Shown: positions 30,884-41,714, counted from the stretch's first letter. The stretch: DNA of 64,000 bases from Acidobacteriota bacterium (GCA_040755995.1 JBFMAF010000023.1:1-64000); one strand, 5' to 3'. Translations and numbers: made by a program. The notes: generated from the sequence alone by a model not told the origin.

Positions 30884-32356
30884 ATGAAACTCCTGTTCCA
30901 TCTGTTCATGGGAGGTGCTCCATCGTGGTACAAACTGGCCCTTCTCTTCTGCCTCGTGTTGAATCCACTTCTTCTGGCCACTGTTGGATCGTTCATTACG
31001 GGCTGGATTCTTCTGATTGAATTCATCATGACCCTGGCGCTGGCCCTGAGATGCTACCCGCTCCTTCCGGGAGGACTGCTGGCGCTCGAAGCGGTCTGCC
31101 TCGGTCTGGCCTCTCCCGAGAAGGTCTACGAAGAGGCCCATCAGAATTTCCAAGTCATCCTGCTCCTGATCTTCATGGTGGCGGGGGTCTTTTTCATGAA
31201 GCCCTTTCTCTCTTTTGTTTTCACCCGGCTGCTGGTCTCTATCAAGAACAAGATGCTTCTGAGTCTCTCCTTTCTGTTTCTGGGGGCCTTCCTCTCGGCC
31301 TGGCTGGATGCCCTCACGGTGATGGCCGTCATGATCGCAGTCGCGTTGTCCTTTTACGAGGTGTACAACTCGGTTTCCTATGAAGCCCGTGTTCCACATG
31401 TCGAGGACGAACACGAGAGGCTCCGGATCGGTCATGCGGACCTCAAAGAATTTTCAGGATTCCTGAGGAACATACTGATGCACGGAGCCATCGGGACCGC
31501 GCTCGGTGGTGTCTCGACACTGGTTGGTGAGCCTCAGAATCTCCTGATCGGACAGATCATGGGCTGGGATTTCGGCCGATTCTACGCTCGCATGGCGCAC
31601 ATCTCCCTGCCTGTCCAGGCCGCTGGACTGGTGACCTGCCTGCTGATCGAGCTGTTCAGACTCCGAGTCTTAGGGTACAACTATCAGCTGCCGGGAAGGG
31701 TACGGGACGTCCTGCGGCATCATGCCGAGCGCGAGCGGGAGCGGATGTCAGCCGCGCACAAGGCCTCCATCTGGATCATGGCGCTGACCGCCTTGTGGCT
31801 CATCGTCGGCTTGGCCTTTCACCTCGCCGCCGTCGGGCTGATCGGCCTGTCGGTCATCGTGATCCTGACCTCATTGACTGGCAAAGACGATGAACACCAG
31901 ATCGGGAAGGCCTTCGAGGAGGCCTTGCCCTTCACGGCGCTGCTGGTAGTGTTCTTCGCGATCGTGGCCATGATCGCCCAGCAGGATCTCTTCCGGCCCG
32001 TCATCGATGCAGCTCTGCGACTTCAGGGCCCGGCGCAGTCACGCGGATTTTTCCTAGCGAGCGGTATTCTGTCGACGGTCAGCGACAATGTCTTCGTCGC
32101 GACGATCTACATCCAGGAGGCACAGAAGGCATTCACATCAGGCTTGATCGACAAGACGCAGTTCGACAGTCTCGCGATCGCAATCAACGCGGGAACGAAC
32201 ATACCCTCCATCGCCACACCGAACGGCCAGGCCGCCTTTCTCTTTCTCCTGACCAGCAGCCTGTCGGTCCGCATCCAGCTCTCGTATTTCGAAATGCTCC
32301 GGCTGGCCGTTCCCTACACGGTCGTCCTGAGCATCGTCTCGTATCTGGCCTGCTGA
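30884..32356 (+). CDS. nhaB: Na+/H+ antiporter NhaB
   Basis: AAGGAG RBS; FMGGAPSWYK, LRCYPLLPGGLL, LDALTV, GTALGGV, GEPQN, SDNVFV, GTNIPSIATPNGQAAFLFLLTS. Confidence 0.9.
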   Translation: MKLLFHLFMGGAPSWYKLALLFCLVLNPLLLATVGSFITGWILLIEFIMTLALALRCYPLLPGGLLALEAVCLGLASPEKVYEEAHQNFQVILLLIFMVAGVFFMKPFLSFVFTRLLVSIKNKMLLSLSFLFLGAFLSAWLDALTVMAVMIAVALSFYEVYNSVSYEARVPHVEDEHERLRIGHADLKEFSGFLRNILMHGAIGTALGGVSTLVGEPQNLLIGQIMGWDFGRFYARMAHISLPVQAAGLVTCLLIELFRLRVLGYNYQLPGRVRDVLRHHAERERERMSAAHKASIWIMALTALWLIVGLAFHLAAVGLIGLSVIVILTSLTGKDDEHQIGKAFEEALPFTALLVVFFAIVAMIAQQDLFRPVIDAALRLQGPAQSRGFFLASGILSTVSDNVFVATIYIQEAQKAFTSGLIDKTQFDSLAIAINAGTNIPSIATPNGQAAFLFLLTSSLSVRIQLSYFEMLRLAVPYTVVLSIVSYLAC

Positions 32357-32358
32357 GG

Positions 32359-32517
32359 CAGCTTGGGTTGCTATCATGGTTGCACGACCCGAAGCGGTTG
32401 ACCCTGCTGGCCGAGACCTACTCTGCCGTGGTCATTATGGTGATTGTGACGACGCTGATTACGCCTCCGGCGCTGAACTGGAGCCTGGAGCGGGGTTCGG
32501 CACCGGCGCGTAGCTGA
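32359..32517 (+). pseudogene. Internally deleted CPA2 antiporter remnant
   Basis: QLGLLSWLHDPKRLTLLAE joined to TYSAVVIMVIVTTLITPPAL; first part matches LLRDPKQLTLLAE of the next gene, second resembles the last CPA2 helix. Confidence 0.6.
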
Positions 32518-32547
32518 CCATGCCGGACACGCAGAAGCGGATCTGAG

Positions 32548-34302
32548 ATGGGCGAGTTGGCGGTTCTCTACGATCTGGTCGTCATCTTCGCAATTGCGGT
32601 GGCGGTGGTGGCGCTCCTCCGGCGCGTCGGCCTGCCATCCATCGCGGGTTTCATCCTCGCCGGAACGCTGGTCGGCCCTTCGAGTCTCGGCCTGCTGCGC
32701 GATCCGAAGCAGTTGACCCTGCTCGCCGAGGTCGGCGTGGTACTGCTCCTTTTTGGGGTGGGACTGGAGCTCTCCGTCGAGCGCCTCCGCCGCAGCTGGC
32801 GGCCCGTCGTTCTGGGCGGAGCGCTGCAGGTGACCGTCACCACCCTCTTGGTCGTGATCATCGGGCGTCGCCTGGGCCTTTCCACGGGAACGGCCTTCCT
32901 GGTCGGCTACATGATCGCGACATCGAGCACCGCAATTGTCCTCAGAGGGCTGGATTCGAGGGGTGAGCTCGAGAGCCCCCACGGACGCTTCACGCTCGGC
33001 ATCCTGGTCTTCCAGGATCTGTGCGTCGTACCCATGGTCCTCTCGATCCCGCTGCTCTCCGGCTCGACCGCCTCGCCTGCGGCTCTTGTGCTCACGCTCC
33101 TGAAGGCGATCGGAATCACGGCCGTCGTGCTGGTCGCGGCAGGATTGCTGGTCCCGCGTGTGCTTCGTTTCGTCGCGCAGACTCGTGAGCGTGATCTTTT
33201 CGTGCTCACGGTCTTCCTCGCCTGCGTCGGCACCGCCTGGCTGGCTTCCATGGCGGGAGTGAGCCTGGCACTTGGAGCTTTCCTGGCCGGGCTGGTCGTA
33301 GCCGGTAGCGAATACCGCCATCAAGCGCTCGCTGACATCATTCCGTTCCGAGAGGTGCTCACCAGCGTCTTCTTCGTTTCGGTCGGCACACTCGTGGATC
33401 CGAGGGCACTGTGGGCCCGAGCCGGCACCATCGTGGCCCTCGTCTTCGCGATCCTCATCGGGAAGTTCCTGATCGTGTTCCTGGTCGGGCTGCTGATGCG
33501 CCTGCCGCTTCGGGTCTGTGTCGTGGCGGCTATGGCGCTGGCTCAGGTCGGCGAATTCTCCTTCGTCCTCTCGCACGCAGCAGAGGGAGCCGGCCTCGTG
33601 AGCGACCCCCTTCGGACCGACTTGCTCACCGCCGTGATCCTGACCATGCTGATCACACCGGTGCTGTTGATGCTCGGCCCGCGCGTGGGGGCCGCGGCGG
33701 CCGGCACCCGGCTGCTGAGATGGCTTGCCACTCCACGGTTGGCGGAGGAGGCGATAGAAGGACCAGTGAGACACGACCATGTGATCATAGCCGGCTACGG
33801 GCTGGCGGGAAGGGGGCTTGCCCGCAGCCTGGGCGAGTGCGGGGTCCCATATGTCGTTGCCGATCTCAACCCTGAGAACGTACGCGCTGCCATCGAGAAC
33901 GGGGTGTCGGCGTATTTCGGCGACGTGACGAACCAGGAGGTGCTGGACAAGCTCGGCGTCGCCCGGGCACGCGAGCTTGTCGTGGTGATCAACGATCCGG
34001 CCGCGGCCGACCGCGCTGTGAGTGCGGCACGCCGACTGGCCCCCCATCTTCACATCCTCGTCCGCTCGCGCCACCTGTTGGATGTCGAAAGCCTTCTGGC
34101 CACGGGCGCCAGCAGGGTGATACCCGCCGAGGTGGAGGGGGCCGTCGAGGTGACTGCGCACGTGCTGCGACGGCACTGCGTGGACCCGTCTGCAATTGAG
34201 CGGCATTTGGCACGTGTCAGGGAGTGCCGGGAGGAGACGACCCTGTCAGTCTGTGGCGGGCGCCAGACTCAGCGCGAGCCGAGCTCGCGGGAGGTTCGAT
34301 AG
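32548..34302 (+). CDS. Kef-type cation:proton antiporter (CPA2) with TrkA-N domain
   Basis: LAEVGVVLLLF, FQD, LGAFLAG, AQVGEFSF, HVIIAGYG, FGD. Confidence 0.9.
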   Translation: MGELAVLYDLVVIFAIAVAVVALLRRVGLPSIAGFILAGTLVGPSSLGLLRDPKQLTLLAEVGVVLLLFGVGLELSVERLRRSWRPVVLGGALQVTVTTLLVVIIGRRLGLSTGTAFLVGYMIATSSTAIVLRGLDSRGELESPHGRFTLGILVFQDLCVVPMVLSIPLLSGSTASPAALVLTLLKAIGITAVVLVAAGLLVPRVLRFVAQTRERDLFVLTVFLACVGTAWLASMAGVSLALGAFLAGLVVAGSEYRHQALADIIPFREVLTSVFFVSVGTLVDPRALWARAGTIVALVFAILIGKFLIVFLVGLLMRLPLRVCVVAAMALAQVGEFSFVLSHAAEGAGLVSDPLRTDLLTAVILTMLITPVLLMLGPRVGAAAAGTRLLRWLATPRLAEEAIEGPVRHDHVIIAGYGLAGRGLARSLGECGVPYVVADLNPENVRAAIENGVSAYFGDVTNQEVLDKLGVARARELVVVINDPAAADRAVSAARRLAPHLHILVRSRHLLDVESLLATGASRVIPAEVEGAVEVTAHVLRRHCVDPSAIERHLARVRECREETTLSVCGGRQTQREPSSREVR

Positions 34303-34381
34303 GCACGTCTGTCGCCGCTAAGCTCTATCCGGCGATTCCTCAGGTGCTTTTCCAATCGCAATCAGGGTTCCACCTGATGCC

Positions 34382-34572
34382 GAGATCCAGGCCAGCTGCT
34401 TCCGTATCGCACAGGAAGCCTTGACCAAATCGGTCCGTCATGCTGATGCCACCCATGTCAGTATCGAGTTGAGGCAAGAAAAGGGACATCTGCACTTGAC
34501 GGTCAAGGATGACGGGATCGGATTCGACATGAGCACGGCGCTCGAGAGGACTTCGCGGGGCGAGTGCCTTGA
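34382..34572 (+). pseudogene. HATPase fragment of NarX/UhpB-type histidine kinase
   Basis: CFRIAQEALTKSVRHADA...LTVKDDGIGFD; no start or sensor domain. Confidence 0.7.
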
Positions 34573-34574
34573 AC

Positions 34575-34780
34575 ATGCCCTGGCGCGTGTAGTAGTCATC
34601 GATGGCCGCGCGCAGTGCCTTGTCCCCCAGGACGGAACAAGGGATCTTGTGGTCAGGAAACCCGCCGAGCTCCGGCGCAATATCCTTGGACGTCACTCGG
34701 TGGGCGGCGTCCAGCTCCCTGTCGTTCGCCAGCTCGGAAAGAATCGAGCTGCTCACAATGGCGCTGGCGCGCAGTTGGCG
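34575..34780 (-). pseudogene. IscU/NifU-N scaffold C-terminal fragment
   Basis: ASAIVSSSILSELA...KDIAPELGGFPDHKIPCSVLGDKALRAAIDDY. Confidence 0.65.
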
Positions 34781-34869
34781 GATCCGCGCCGGTCGATGTA
34801 GTATTGGTGACAGGAGGCGGCACGGGCGGACCAATCCATGGCGCATCGTGCGCGCCTGAAGGTTATCCA

Positions 34870-37842
34870 GTGGAGAGAAAAGAGGTAGTAGAGCTCCTCC
34901 GGCGTGCCGCGTCGCTTTCTCCTGACGACCGCGAGACGTTTGTCACGGGTATCGCCAGCGGACGGGATGCCGTCAAGGCGCTACTCGAGGAATCCGTAGC
35001 CAATCTGAAGGAGTGCCCCGACCTGCTACAGACCGCCGTCAGAGGGCCGAGCCCATTCTGGGACAAGATGCTCTCTGAGCTGGAATTGGCGCTGGGGGGG
35101 GAGGCGGAGTTGGAACCAGCGGCGGTCGAGGAGGTGAAGAAGATCGGCAGCATCCGGATCGAGGCCAGGCTCGGAGTTGGAGGCATGGGCGAGGTCTACC
35201 GCGGGTTCGACGAGAAGCTCGAGCGTAGGGTGGCCGTGAAGACGGTGAAGGCGGCCAAACGCCTGAGCCCTGATGCGAAGGCGCGTTTCATTCGGGAGGC
35301 ACGGATACTGTCGAAGCTCAACCATCCGGCCATCTGCCAGGCATATGATCTGATCGAGACGGATGAAGCAGACTACCTGGTGCTCGAGTACGTCGAGGGG
35401 CAGACGCTGCGCAAGCGGCTCACCGAGCCGATGGATTCGGCCGGGAAGATGCGGCTGGCGGTGGCTATCGCGGATGCGCTGGCCGCCGCTCACGACATGT
35501 ACGTAGTCCATCGGGACCTCAAGCCGGACAACATCATGATCACCACAGGCGGCGGCGTGAAGGTTCTGGACTTCGGGATTGCGCGCAGTGGAACGGCGCT
35601 GGGCTTGGAGGGGCAGGAGCCTCTGACTCAACGGGCGTCCGGAGGAGAACCCGCCAGTCAGGAGCATACGGAAGTCGGAGGGCTCACAGCGACTGGCGCC
35701 GTGCTTGGCACACCGCGGTTCATGAGCCCCGAGCAGATCCGAGGAGAGCCGGTCTCCTCCGCGAGCGACGTGTACTCCTATGGGCTGCTCCTTCAGGAGC
35801 TGTTCACGGGCAAGCCGGCATATCCGCACGATCTGTCATTAGGTGAGACGGCCGTTCGCGTTGCGCAGGGCAATACGGCTCCGATCGAGGGGCTCGACCC
35901 CGACCTGACACAACTCATCCGCGGCCTCACCTCCGTCAACCCCACTCTGAGACCGAGCGCGCGGGATGCATCCGAGCGGCTCCGGTGGATCGACGGCAAG
36001 CCTGCGCGCATTCGCCGGAAGCGAATCAGGATAGCGGTCACGGCCGGGGTGGCGGCAATCGCCGTTGCAGCCGGCATTGCGGTCATCGCCTACCGATATC
36101 GCGCGCTTCGTCAGGTTGAGGTCGCCCGCCGTTTCTCCGATGAGGCGAAGGATATCGAGTGGTTATTGAGGGCGGAGCACCTGATCCCTGTGCATGACAT
36201 GCGCCCTGCGAGAGCACGGATTGAAAAGAGACTTCCGGCGCTCGAGAACACGATGCGCGAGTTGGGTCGCTACGCCGTGGGACCGGGAAACGCCGCGCTC
36301 GGGCGCGCCTATCTCGGAATGCTCGAGTACGACAAGGCCCGCGCACACCTGGATGGTGCATGGGCAGCAGGCTATCGGACACCCGATGTCGCCTGCGCCC
36401 TTGGGCAGGCGATCGGGGAGCAGTACAAGAAGGCGATCGAGGGGTTGCGTGGGATCAGCGGCAGGGAGGAGCGGCAGAAGAAGCTGGCCGCCCTCCAGCG
36501 TGAATACAGGGATCCCGCCGTTTCATTCCTGCGCGCGGCGGCCGGCTCCAGCATCGTTCCGGCAGATTACGTCCACGCCCAGATCGCCGCTTATGAGAAG
36601 CGGTACGACGATGCCCTGAGTGCGGCGCGCCGCGCTTTCGACCAGGTCCCGTGGTTCTACGAGGCGAAGTGTCTGGAGGGCGAGGTTCTGAGCGCTCTTA
36701 CGCTGGACCAGCGACGAGCCGGCAAGATCGAAGAGGCCCAGGATTCGTTCCAGAGGAGCGTTGACGCCTATCACGATGCCGCCCGGATAGGCGAGAGCGA
36801 CATCAGGGCATACGTGGGATTGGTCGCCGCCTGGTTGGACCTGCTCTATTTCCAGGTAGAGACGCGCAGAGGCGGAGACAGAGAGACACTGGACAAGCTG
36901 CTTTCCGCAGTGGAGACCGGGGTCCGGATCGATCCTGTGAACCTGGATATTCTCACCGATATGGCCCACGCCAACGCCCTGTGGGCGAACTACCTACTGG
37001 GTCATGGGCTGGATCCGACCGCCGCTGTCCAGGCGTCGATCGATGCGGGTCGCCGTGCAGCAGTCGCCCACCCCATGAGCGCAGTCCCACAGAGCGAGAT
37101 CGGCCTGGCGTACTGGGTGCTGGCCAAGTGGGAAGACGCCCACGGGAAGGATCCAACGCCGAGTATCGACATGGCTGTCAGCCACGGCCGCAGGGCGGTT
37201 GAGTTGGATCCTTCCCACGAGCCGACGCGGGCTATGTTGGGCCTCGTCTACCTTGACAAGGCCATATGCGAGCTGGAGGCCGGGCAGGATCCCCGGCGAA
37301 TGGTGGATCTGGCGGTGCAGGAACTGAAGGGCGCCCTGGCACTGGACGCACGTGATGAGCCGGTCATGCTGAACCTGGCCATGACGTATCTCTTCAGGCT
37401 CGACTACGAGGTCTCTCATGATGTCGGGGATCCTCAACACACTGCGCAGGAAGCGATGATGGTCCTGGCCCGGGTGGGAAAGGCAACGCCGTACCTGTTC
37501 TGGAGCGAGCGGACCATCGGGAATGTGCACAGGTGTTTGGCTGAGTACAGGCGGAAAAGAAGCATGGATCCGACTGAGGAGATCTCCCAGGCGAGAGAGC
37601 ATCTCGAGAACGCTCTGAGCGCGGCCCCCAGCGACCAGGGCGCATGGGCGTCCCTGACCGACCTCTTTGTGCTACAGGCGCGCTGTCAGATCGACAGTGG
37701 GCGATCGCCCATGGACTCCATCCGGCTGGCCAAGGAGGCCTGCCGCAAGGGACTGGCCATCAACCCCGATCACCCTGGACTGAGGGATGTCAAAGCGGCA
37801 ATCGCGGAGTTAGAGGCCGAGTGGCGAGGACGAAGGAAGTGA
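34870..37842 (+). CDS. Ser/Thr protein kinase with TM helix and TPR-like sensor region
   Basis: GVGGMGEVY, VAVK, HRDLKPDN, DFG, SPE; N-terminal VVELLRRAASLSPDDRETFV leader typical of ECF-associated kinases; start approximate. Confidence 0.9.
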   Translation: MERKEVVELLRRAASLSPDDRETFVTGIASGRDAVKALLEESVANLKECPDLLQTAVRGPSPFWDKMLSELELALGGEAELEPAAVEEVKKIGSIRIEARLGVGGMGEVYRGFDEKLERRVAVKTVKAAKRLSPDAKARFIREARILSKLNHPAICQAYDLIETDEADYLVLEYVEGQTLRKRLTEPMDSAGKMRLAVAIADALAAAHDMYVVHRDLKPDNIMITTGGGVKVLDFGIARSGTALGLEGQEPLTQRASGGEPASQEHTEVGGLTATGAVLGTPRFMSPEQIRGEPVSSASDVYSYGLLLQELFTGKPAYPHDLSLGETAVRVAQGNTAPIEGLDPDLTQLIRGLTSVNPTLRPSARDASERLRWIDGKPARIRRKRIRIAVTAGVAAIAVAAGIAVIAYRYRALRQVEVARRFSDEAKDIEWLLRAEHLIPVHDMRPARARIEKRLPALENTMRELGRYAVGPGNAALGRAYLGMLEYDKARAHLDGAWAAGYRTPDVACALGQAIGEQYKKAIEGLRGISGREERQKKLAALQREYRDPAVSFLRAAAGSSIVPADYVHAQIAAYEKRYDDALSAARRAFDQVPWFYEAKCLEGEVLSALTLDQRRAGKIEEAQDSFQRSVDAYHDAARIGESDIRAYVGLVAAWLDLLYFQVETRRGGDRETLDKLLSAVETGVRIDPVNLDILTDMAHANALWANYLLGHGLDPTAAVQASIDAGRRAAVAHPMSAVPQSEIGLAYWVLAKWEDAHGKDPTPSIDMAVSHGRRAVELDPSHEPTRAMLGLVYLDKAICELEAGQDPRRMVDLAVQELKGALALDARDEPVMLNLAMTYLFRLDYEVSHDVGDPQHTAQEAMMVLARVGKATPYLFWSERTIGNVHRCLAEYRRKRSMDPTEEISQAREHLENALSAAPSDQGAWASLTDLFVLQARCQIDSGRSPMDSIRLAKEACRKGLAINPDHPGLRDVKAAIAELEAEWRGRRK

Positions 37843-37870
37843 TGAGATCTCGGCGCCGACTACCCCATCG

Positions 37871-38412
37871 TCACTGGTAGGTGAATGTTCCCACTGTCGT
37901 GCTAGTCACGCTGCTCGTCAACTTGACATCGACGGTGCCGGTGCCCGGAGGGCTGATGCACGTGATGATGTTCGGCTCGGTGAAGGTGATCGGTTGCAGC
38001 GCCAGCATCGACCCGAAGGGCACGTTGAACTGCGTGCCCGAGGTGCCCGCGGGCGCGAGGATCGTCACCAATGTGCCGCCGGCCGCAGGGCCGGTTGTCG
38101 GTTCGACGTTGCCGGCCGGTGTCGGCGGCAGCACGACGAAGCCATACGGATTGCTCGGTTCACCATTGTCCATTCGGTGCCGCCATCGACTGTCTTGTAC
38201 AATTCAGAAAGACTCAGCGCGTACACGGTCCCAGATCTCTTCGGGTCAATTGCCAGGCCCCAGGTGCTTCCGTCACGGATTTTGGTCCAGTTCATTCCAG
38301 CGTCCGCGCTCTTGCATACTCCCGATTTGCCGGCAGCAAACAGGATATTCGAGCTTGCGGGGTCGATCAGTAGCGCTCTTCCGTCCGTGTCGGCGTCGAT
38401 TCCCCTGTTCAT
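37871..38412 (-). pseudogene. Mosaic remnant: BNR/Asp-box repeat fragment joined out of frame to IPT/TIG fragment
   Basis: KSADAGMNW and KTVDGGTEW Asp-boxes (38160-38412); EPTTGPAAGGTLVTI...PPGTGTVDV...FTYQ (37871-38173). Confidence 0.6.
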
Positions 38413-38849
38413 GCGCCCGGGCGTATTGGCTGTCCAGTATCCCTTCTTGCTGCGTCATCGGCACTACATACAGGGGCCTTGTGCAGCGCACCCCCAGGGT
38501 CTCGGAGAAGGTGTCTGCCAGCTTCCATCGCCTCTCCAGTTGCCAGCCGGAGGGTATTTCGAGACGCGCCAGCCCTTGATCCGCCCGGAAGGGTATCCGC
38601 AGACAGTGGCGCCAGACATGCCGCTTCCGTAGCCCAACGCAGTGCCACTTCCGCAGTGTGCGTTCGTTCCACTCGTCGCCTCCGGAGTGCGCCTGCACTT
38701 CGTTCTACGGGCTTCTGCGATGCCGCGCACTCGGGGGTTGTCGATCCCGCTGATGAACCGTCTAGCCGCTCGGCTGCCGACGGAAAATGCGGGAAAGTGC
38801 GCTGCCGGAAGATAGACGTGCCTGGCCAGGCTCCACTTGCCGAGAGAGC

Positions 38850-40766
38850 TCAAGGCTTGATCTTGTAGACGCCCCCTCCCTCAGTCCCAGCGTAGAGTGT
38901 TCCAGGATCCTTGGGATCGAACATCAGGACTGGAATGCCGATCATCGACGGCATGCCTTCGTTCATCGGGGTCCAGGTCGCCGCTCCGTCTTCGCTTCTA
39001 TAGACCCCGGACTGCACCAGGGCAACGCAGAGGTTCGACTCGTTCTTCGGATCGATCGCGATTGCGGATGCGCATACACCGGACGACAGGCCCGTATTCA
39101 TGACCCTCCATGAGCCACCACCGTCATCACTTCGAAAGACTCCCCCATGTCCCGTCCCGGCGTAGAGAACCCCTTTGGGGCTGGACGCCAGACAATTGAT
39201 CGCGTAGTCGGCCAATCCAGCCCTCGACCACGTCGAGCCGTCGACTGTCCCCTTCCAGATCCCCTCTGCCGTCCCTACGAACAGGCGGCCGGGCGAGGTT
39301 GGGTCCGGCGCGAAGGAGGTGATTTCGCCGGCCTTCTTGAGACCGGCCGGCACCCACACACGGCCCCCATCCCTGCTTCTCATTATCCCCTTCTCGCATG
39401 TGCCCACCAGAACTGTGTCGGGACGATCCGGATGTATCAGGAGGGGACCCATATTGCATCTGCGCGGGCCGGAGGTCTCCCAAGTTGCACATCCGTCGGT
39501 TGTCTTGTACACGCCGTGCCAACCAACGGCCAGATAGACTATCTTGGAGTCCTCCGGATGGACCGCGATACCATTCACCTCTGGAGGGGAAAGCAGAGAA
39601 GGAAGTGCGAATGCCTTCCAGCCGGATCCGGCCTGCATTCCCCTGCCAGCCCAGTTCATGCCGCATGCGTAGAACACCCCGGCCGACTTCGCGTCGAACG
39701 CCAAGGCCCTCACCTGTCGCGCACAGAGCCCCTTGTTGGTCGTCGCCCACCGTGCACCTCCGTCGGTGCTCAGGTACACCCCGTCACCTGCGGTCCCCGC
39801 ACAGACGGTGGACGGGTCGGAGGGGGACAACTCCACGGTGAACACCCAAGGCCTCTTCAGGACGGCGGTCCAGGTGGTACCGCTGTCAGATGTCTTGTAG
39901 ACGCCCATATCGGTGCCTGCGTAGGCAACGTCTGCGTTCTGCGTATCCATGGCCACAGTCGAAACAGGAGGGATACCCTTACCGAATTCGCCCCAGCTGG
40001 CACCGCCATCCGTGGTTCTGTATGACTGGGAGCCGCAAGCGACAATGAGCGTGTTGGATGAGTGTGGGCTGAGGACCAGATCCATGACGGTGTTGTTCGC
40101 CAGACCCACATGGCTCCATGTGTCCCCTGCATCCACGCTCTTGAAGACACCCGATGGCTCGATGCCGGTGACACCGGCATACATGACCTTCGGGTTCGAA
40201 CGATCAATCACCAACTGTCGCACGTGCCCATAGCCAAGGGTGTGTTCCAACCAACTCCAGCTCTTCCCGCCGTTGAGGCTCTTGAAGATGCCATGGCTGG
40301 AGGTACCGGCATAGACTGTGAGTGGTCTGTTCGGATGCACTGCGATTGCCACCACCTGCATCAAGGCCAACGCACCGCCTGCCGCTGTCCAGCTCTCGCC
40401 GCCGTCGCTGCTCTTGTGAAGCCCCATGCCGGTCCCCGCATACACGAATGAAGGATTGCTGGTACTGAACGTGATGCACTGGATGAATGGATAGATGGCG
40501 TCCTCGCCCACGGCGCCCCACGAGCCACCGCGGGTCGTACTCCGGAAGATCCCACCGCCGCCGGTCCCGCACAGAACCACCGACGGATCGGCAGGATGAA
40601 ATGCCGCAGCGGCGATGTTGCCGCCATTCGGACCTATCGGAGCCCAGCGTGGCGCCGTCTCCCGGACGGATTCAACGTAGGGTGAGCGCTCACCCTGGCC
40701 GTACATCGCCGAGGTGGCAAGCGCCAGCAGTGCCGGGAGCAGGAAGAGTCTTGATCCAGATATCAT
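38850..40766 (-). CDS. Secreted BNR/Asp-box repeat beta-propeller protein (Vps10/YCF48-like)
   Basis: Signal peptide; WAPIGPNGG; many (S/T)xDGGx(S/T)W repeats. Confidence 0.85.
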   Translation of the reverse strand: MISGSRLFLLPALLALATSAMYGQGERSPYVESVRETAPRWAPIGPNGGNIAAAAFHPADPSVVLCGTGGGGIFRSTTRGGSWGAVGEDAIYPFIQCITFSTSNPSFVYAGTGMGLHKSSDGGESWTAAGGALALMQVVAIAVHPNRPLTVYAGTSSHGIFKSLNGGKSWSWLEHTLGYGHVRQLVIDRSNPKVMYAGVTGIEPSGVFKSVDAGDTWSHVGLANNTVMDLVLSPHSSNTLIVACGSQSYRTTDGGASWGEFGKGIPPVSTVAMDTQNADVAYAGTDMGVYKTSDSGTTWTAVLKRPWVFTVELSPSDPSTVCAGTAGDGVYLSTDGGARWATTNKGLCARQVRALAFDAKSAGVFYACGMNWAGRGMQAGSGWKAFALPSLLSPPEVNGIAVHPEDSKIVYLAVGWHGVYKTTDGCATWETSGPRRCNMGPLLIHPDRPDTVLVGTCEKGIMRSRDGGRVWVPAGLKKAGEITSFAPDPTSPGRLFVGTAEGIWKGTVDGSTWSRAGLADYAINCLASSPKGVLYAGTGHGGVFRSDDGGGSWRVMNTGLSSGVCASAIAIDPKNESNLCVALVQSGVYRSEDGAATWTPMNEGMPSMIGIPVLMFDPKDPGTLYAGTEGGGVYKIKP

Positions 40767-40925
40767 GGTCATCTCCAAGTTACTCTATCGTTGTGTTCGA
40801 ATGGGGCCTTCCTACGGCAGCACCATGTGGTGCTCGGCCCGGTGACTCCCGGTGTCCGTCCAGGGGGGAGATCATGGCGAAGGCATTCCTGATTGCCGCT
40901 TGCCGCTCCCACTCACACTCAATAG

Positions 40926-40953
40926 AACGACAACGTGAGGCGTTTGCCGCCAT
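40926..40953 (-). promoter_or_regulatory. Putative ECF promoter copy 1 (ATGGCG-N15-TGTCGTT)
   Basis: About 160 nt upstream of gene 38850-40766 on the same strand. Confidence 0.65.
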
Positions 40954-40984
40954 CCCGCAGGTCCGTGCCGGGGCGCGGACCAGT

Positions 40985-41565
40985 GCCTTTGTGGCGAGAC
41001 TGGGCAGCAAGGGATCGCTCATCTGGCACGCGTTTCTCGGCGGCGTCGGAGTCGACATCGGCGGCGGCCTCTGCGTTGACGGCAGCGGCAGCGTCTACGT
41101 GACGGGTACCAGCGATTCATCCTGGGGCGCGCCGACCAGGGCTTTCACAGGTGGCTACGACGCCATGGCTGCGAAGCTGGACTCCAGCGGATCGCTCATC
41201 TGGCCCACCTTCCTTGGTGGGTACGAAGACGACATGAGCTATGGGACTGCAGGCGGCGCGGACGGCAGCGTACACGTGACGGGCACAAGCGAATCCAGGT
41301 GGGACGGCTCTGCCATCCCGCCCCCGGCAGACTACAACGCCTTCGTGGCAAAGCTCGTGGAAACCCAGTCCGGTCCGACGATCACGAAGATCAAATCGAA
41401 GCGTCCGACCGCAGGCAGTACGGCGACAATCATCGGCGCGGGCTTCTCCTCGAACAAGACCGCCAATGCCGTCTACTTCGGCAACCTCAAGGCCGAGGTC
41501 AAGCGAGCGCGAACGCGGTCGTCAACGGGGTCAAGAGCAACTCGATGCCGTTCACGGTGAAGTAG
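40985..41565 (+). pseudogene. Degraded 3' duplicate of SBBP-IPT gene 43067-44710
   Basis: Colinear with 44075-44710; 5' part missing; 58-bp deletion between ACG repeats frameshifts the IPT domain. Confidence 0.8.
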
Positions 41566-41663
41566 GCGCGCCTCGCGGGCCGGGCGAGCGTCAGGTGTGC
41601 TGGAGAGCTGCCGGCCGCTCCCCGTGTTTCTGCGGCCGCCGTCGGCCACATGGCAGAAATCCA

Positions 41664-41691
41664 GTGGCGCCTCCGCTGGCCGTCTGTCGTT
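41664..41691 (+). promoter_or_regulatory. Putative ECF promoter copy 2 (GTGGCG-N15-TGTCGTT)
   Basis: Part of segment duplicated with 44711-44860; no intact gene downstream. Confidence 0.55.
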
Positions 41692-41714
41692 CTCAGGAGT
41701 GAAGGGTCGAAAGA

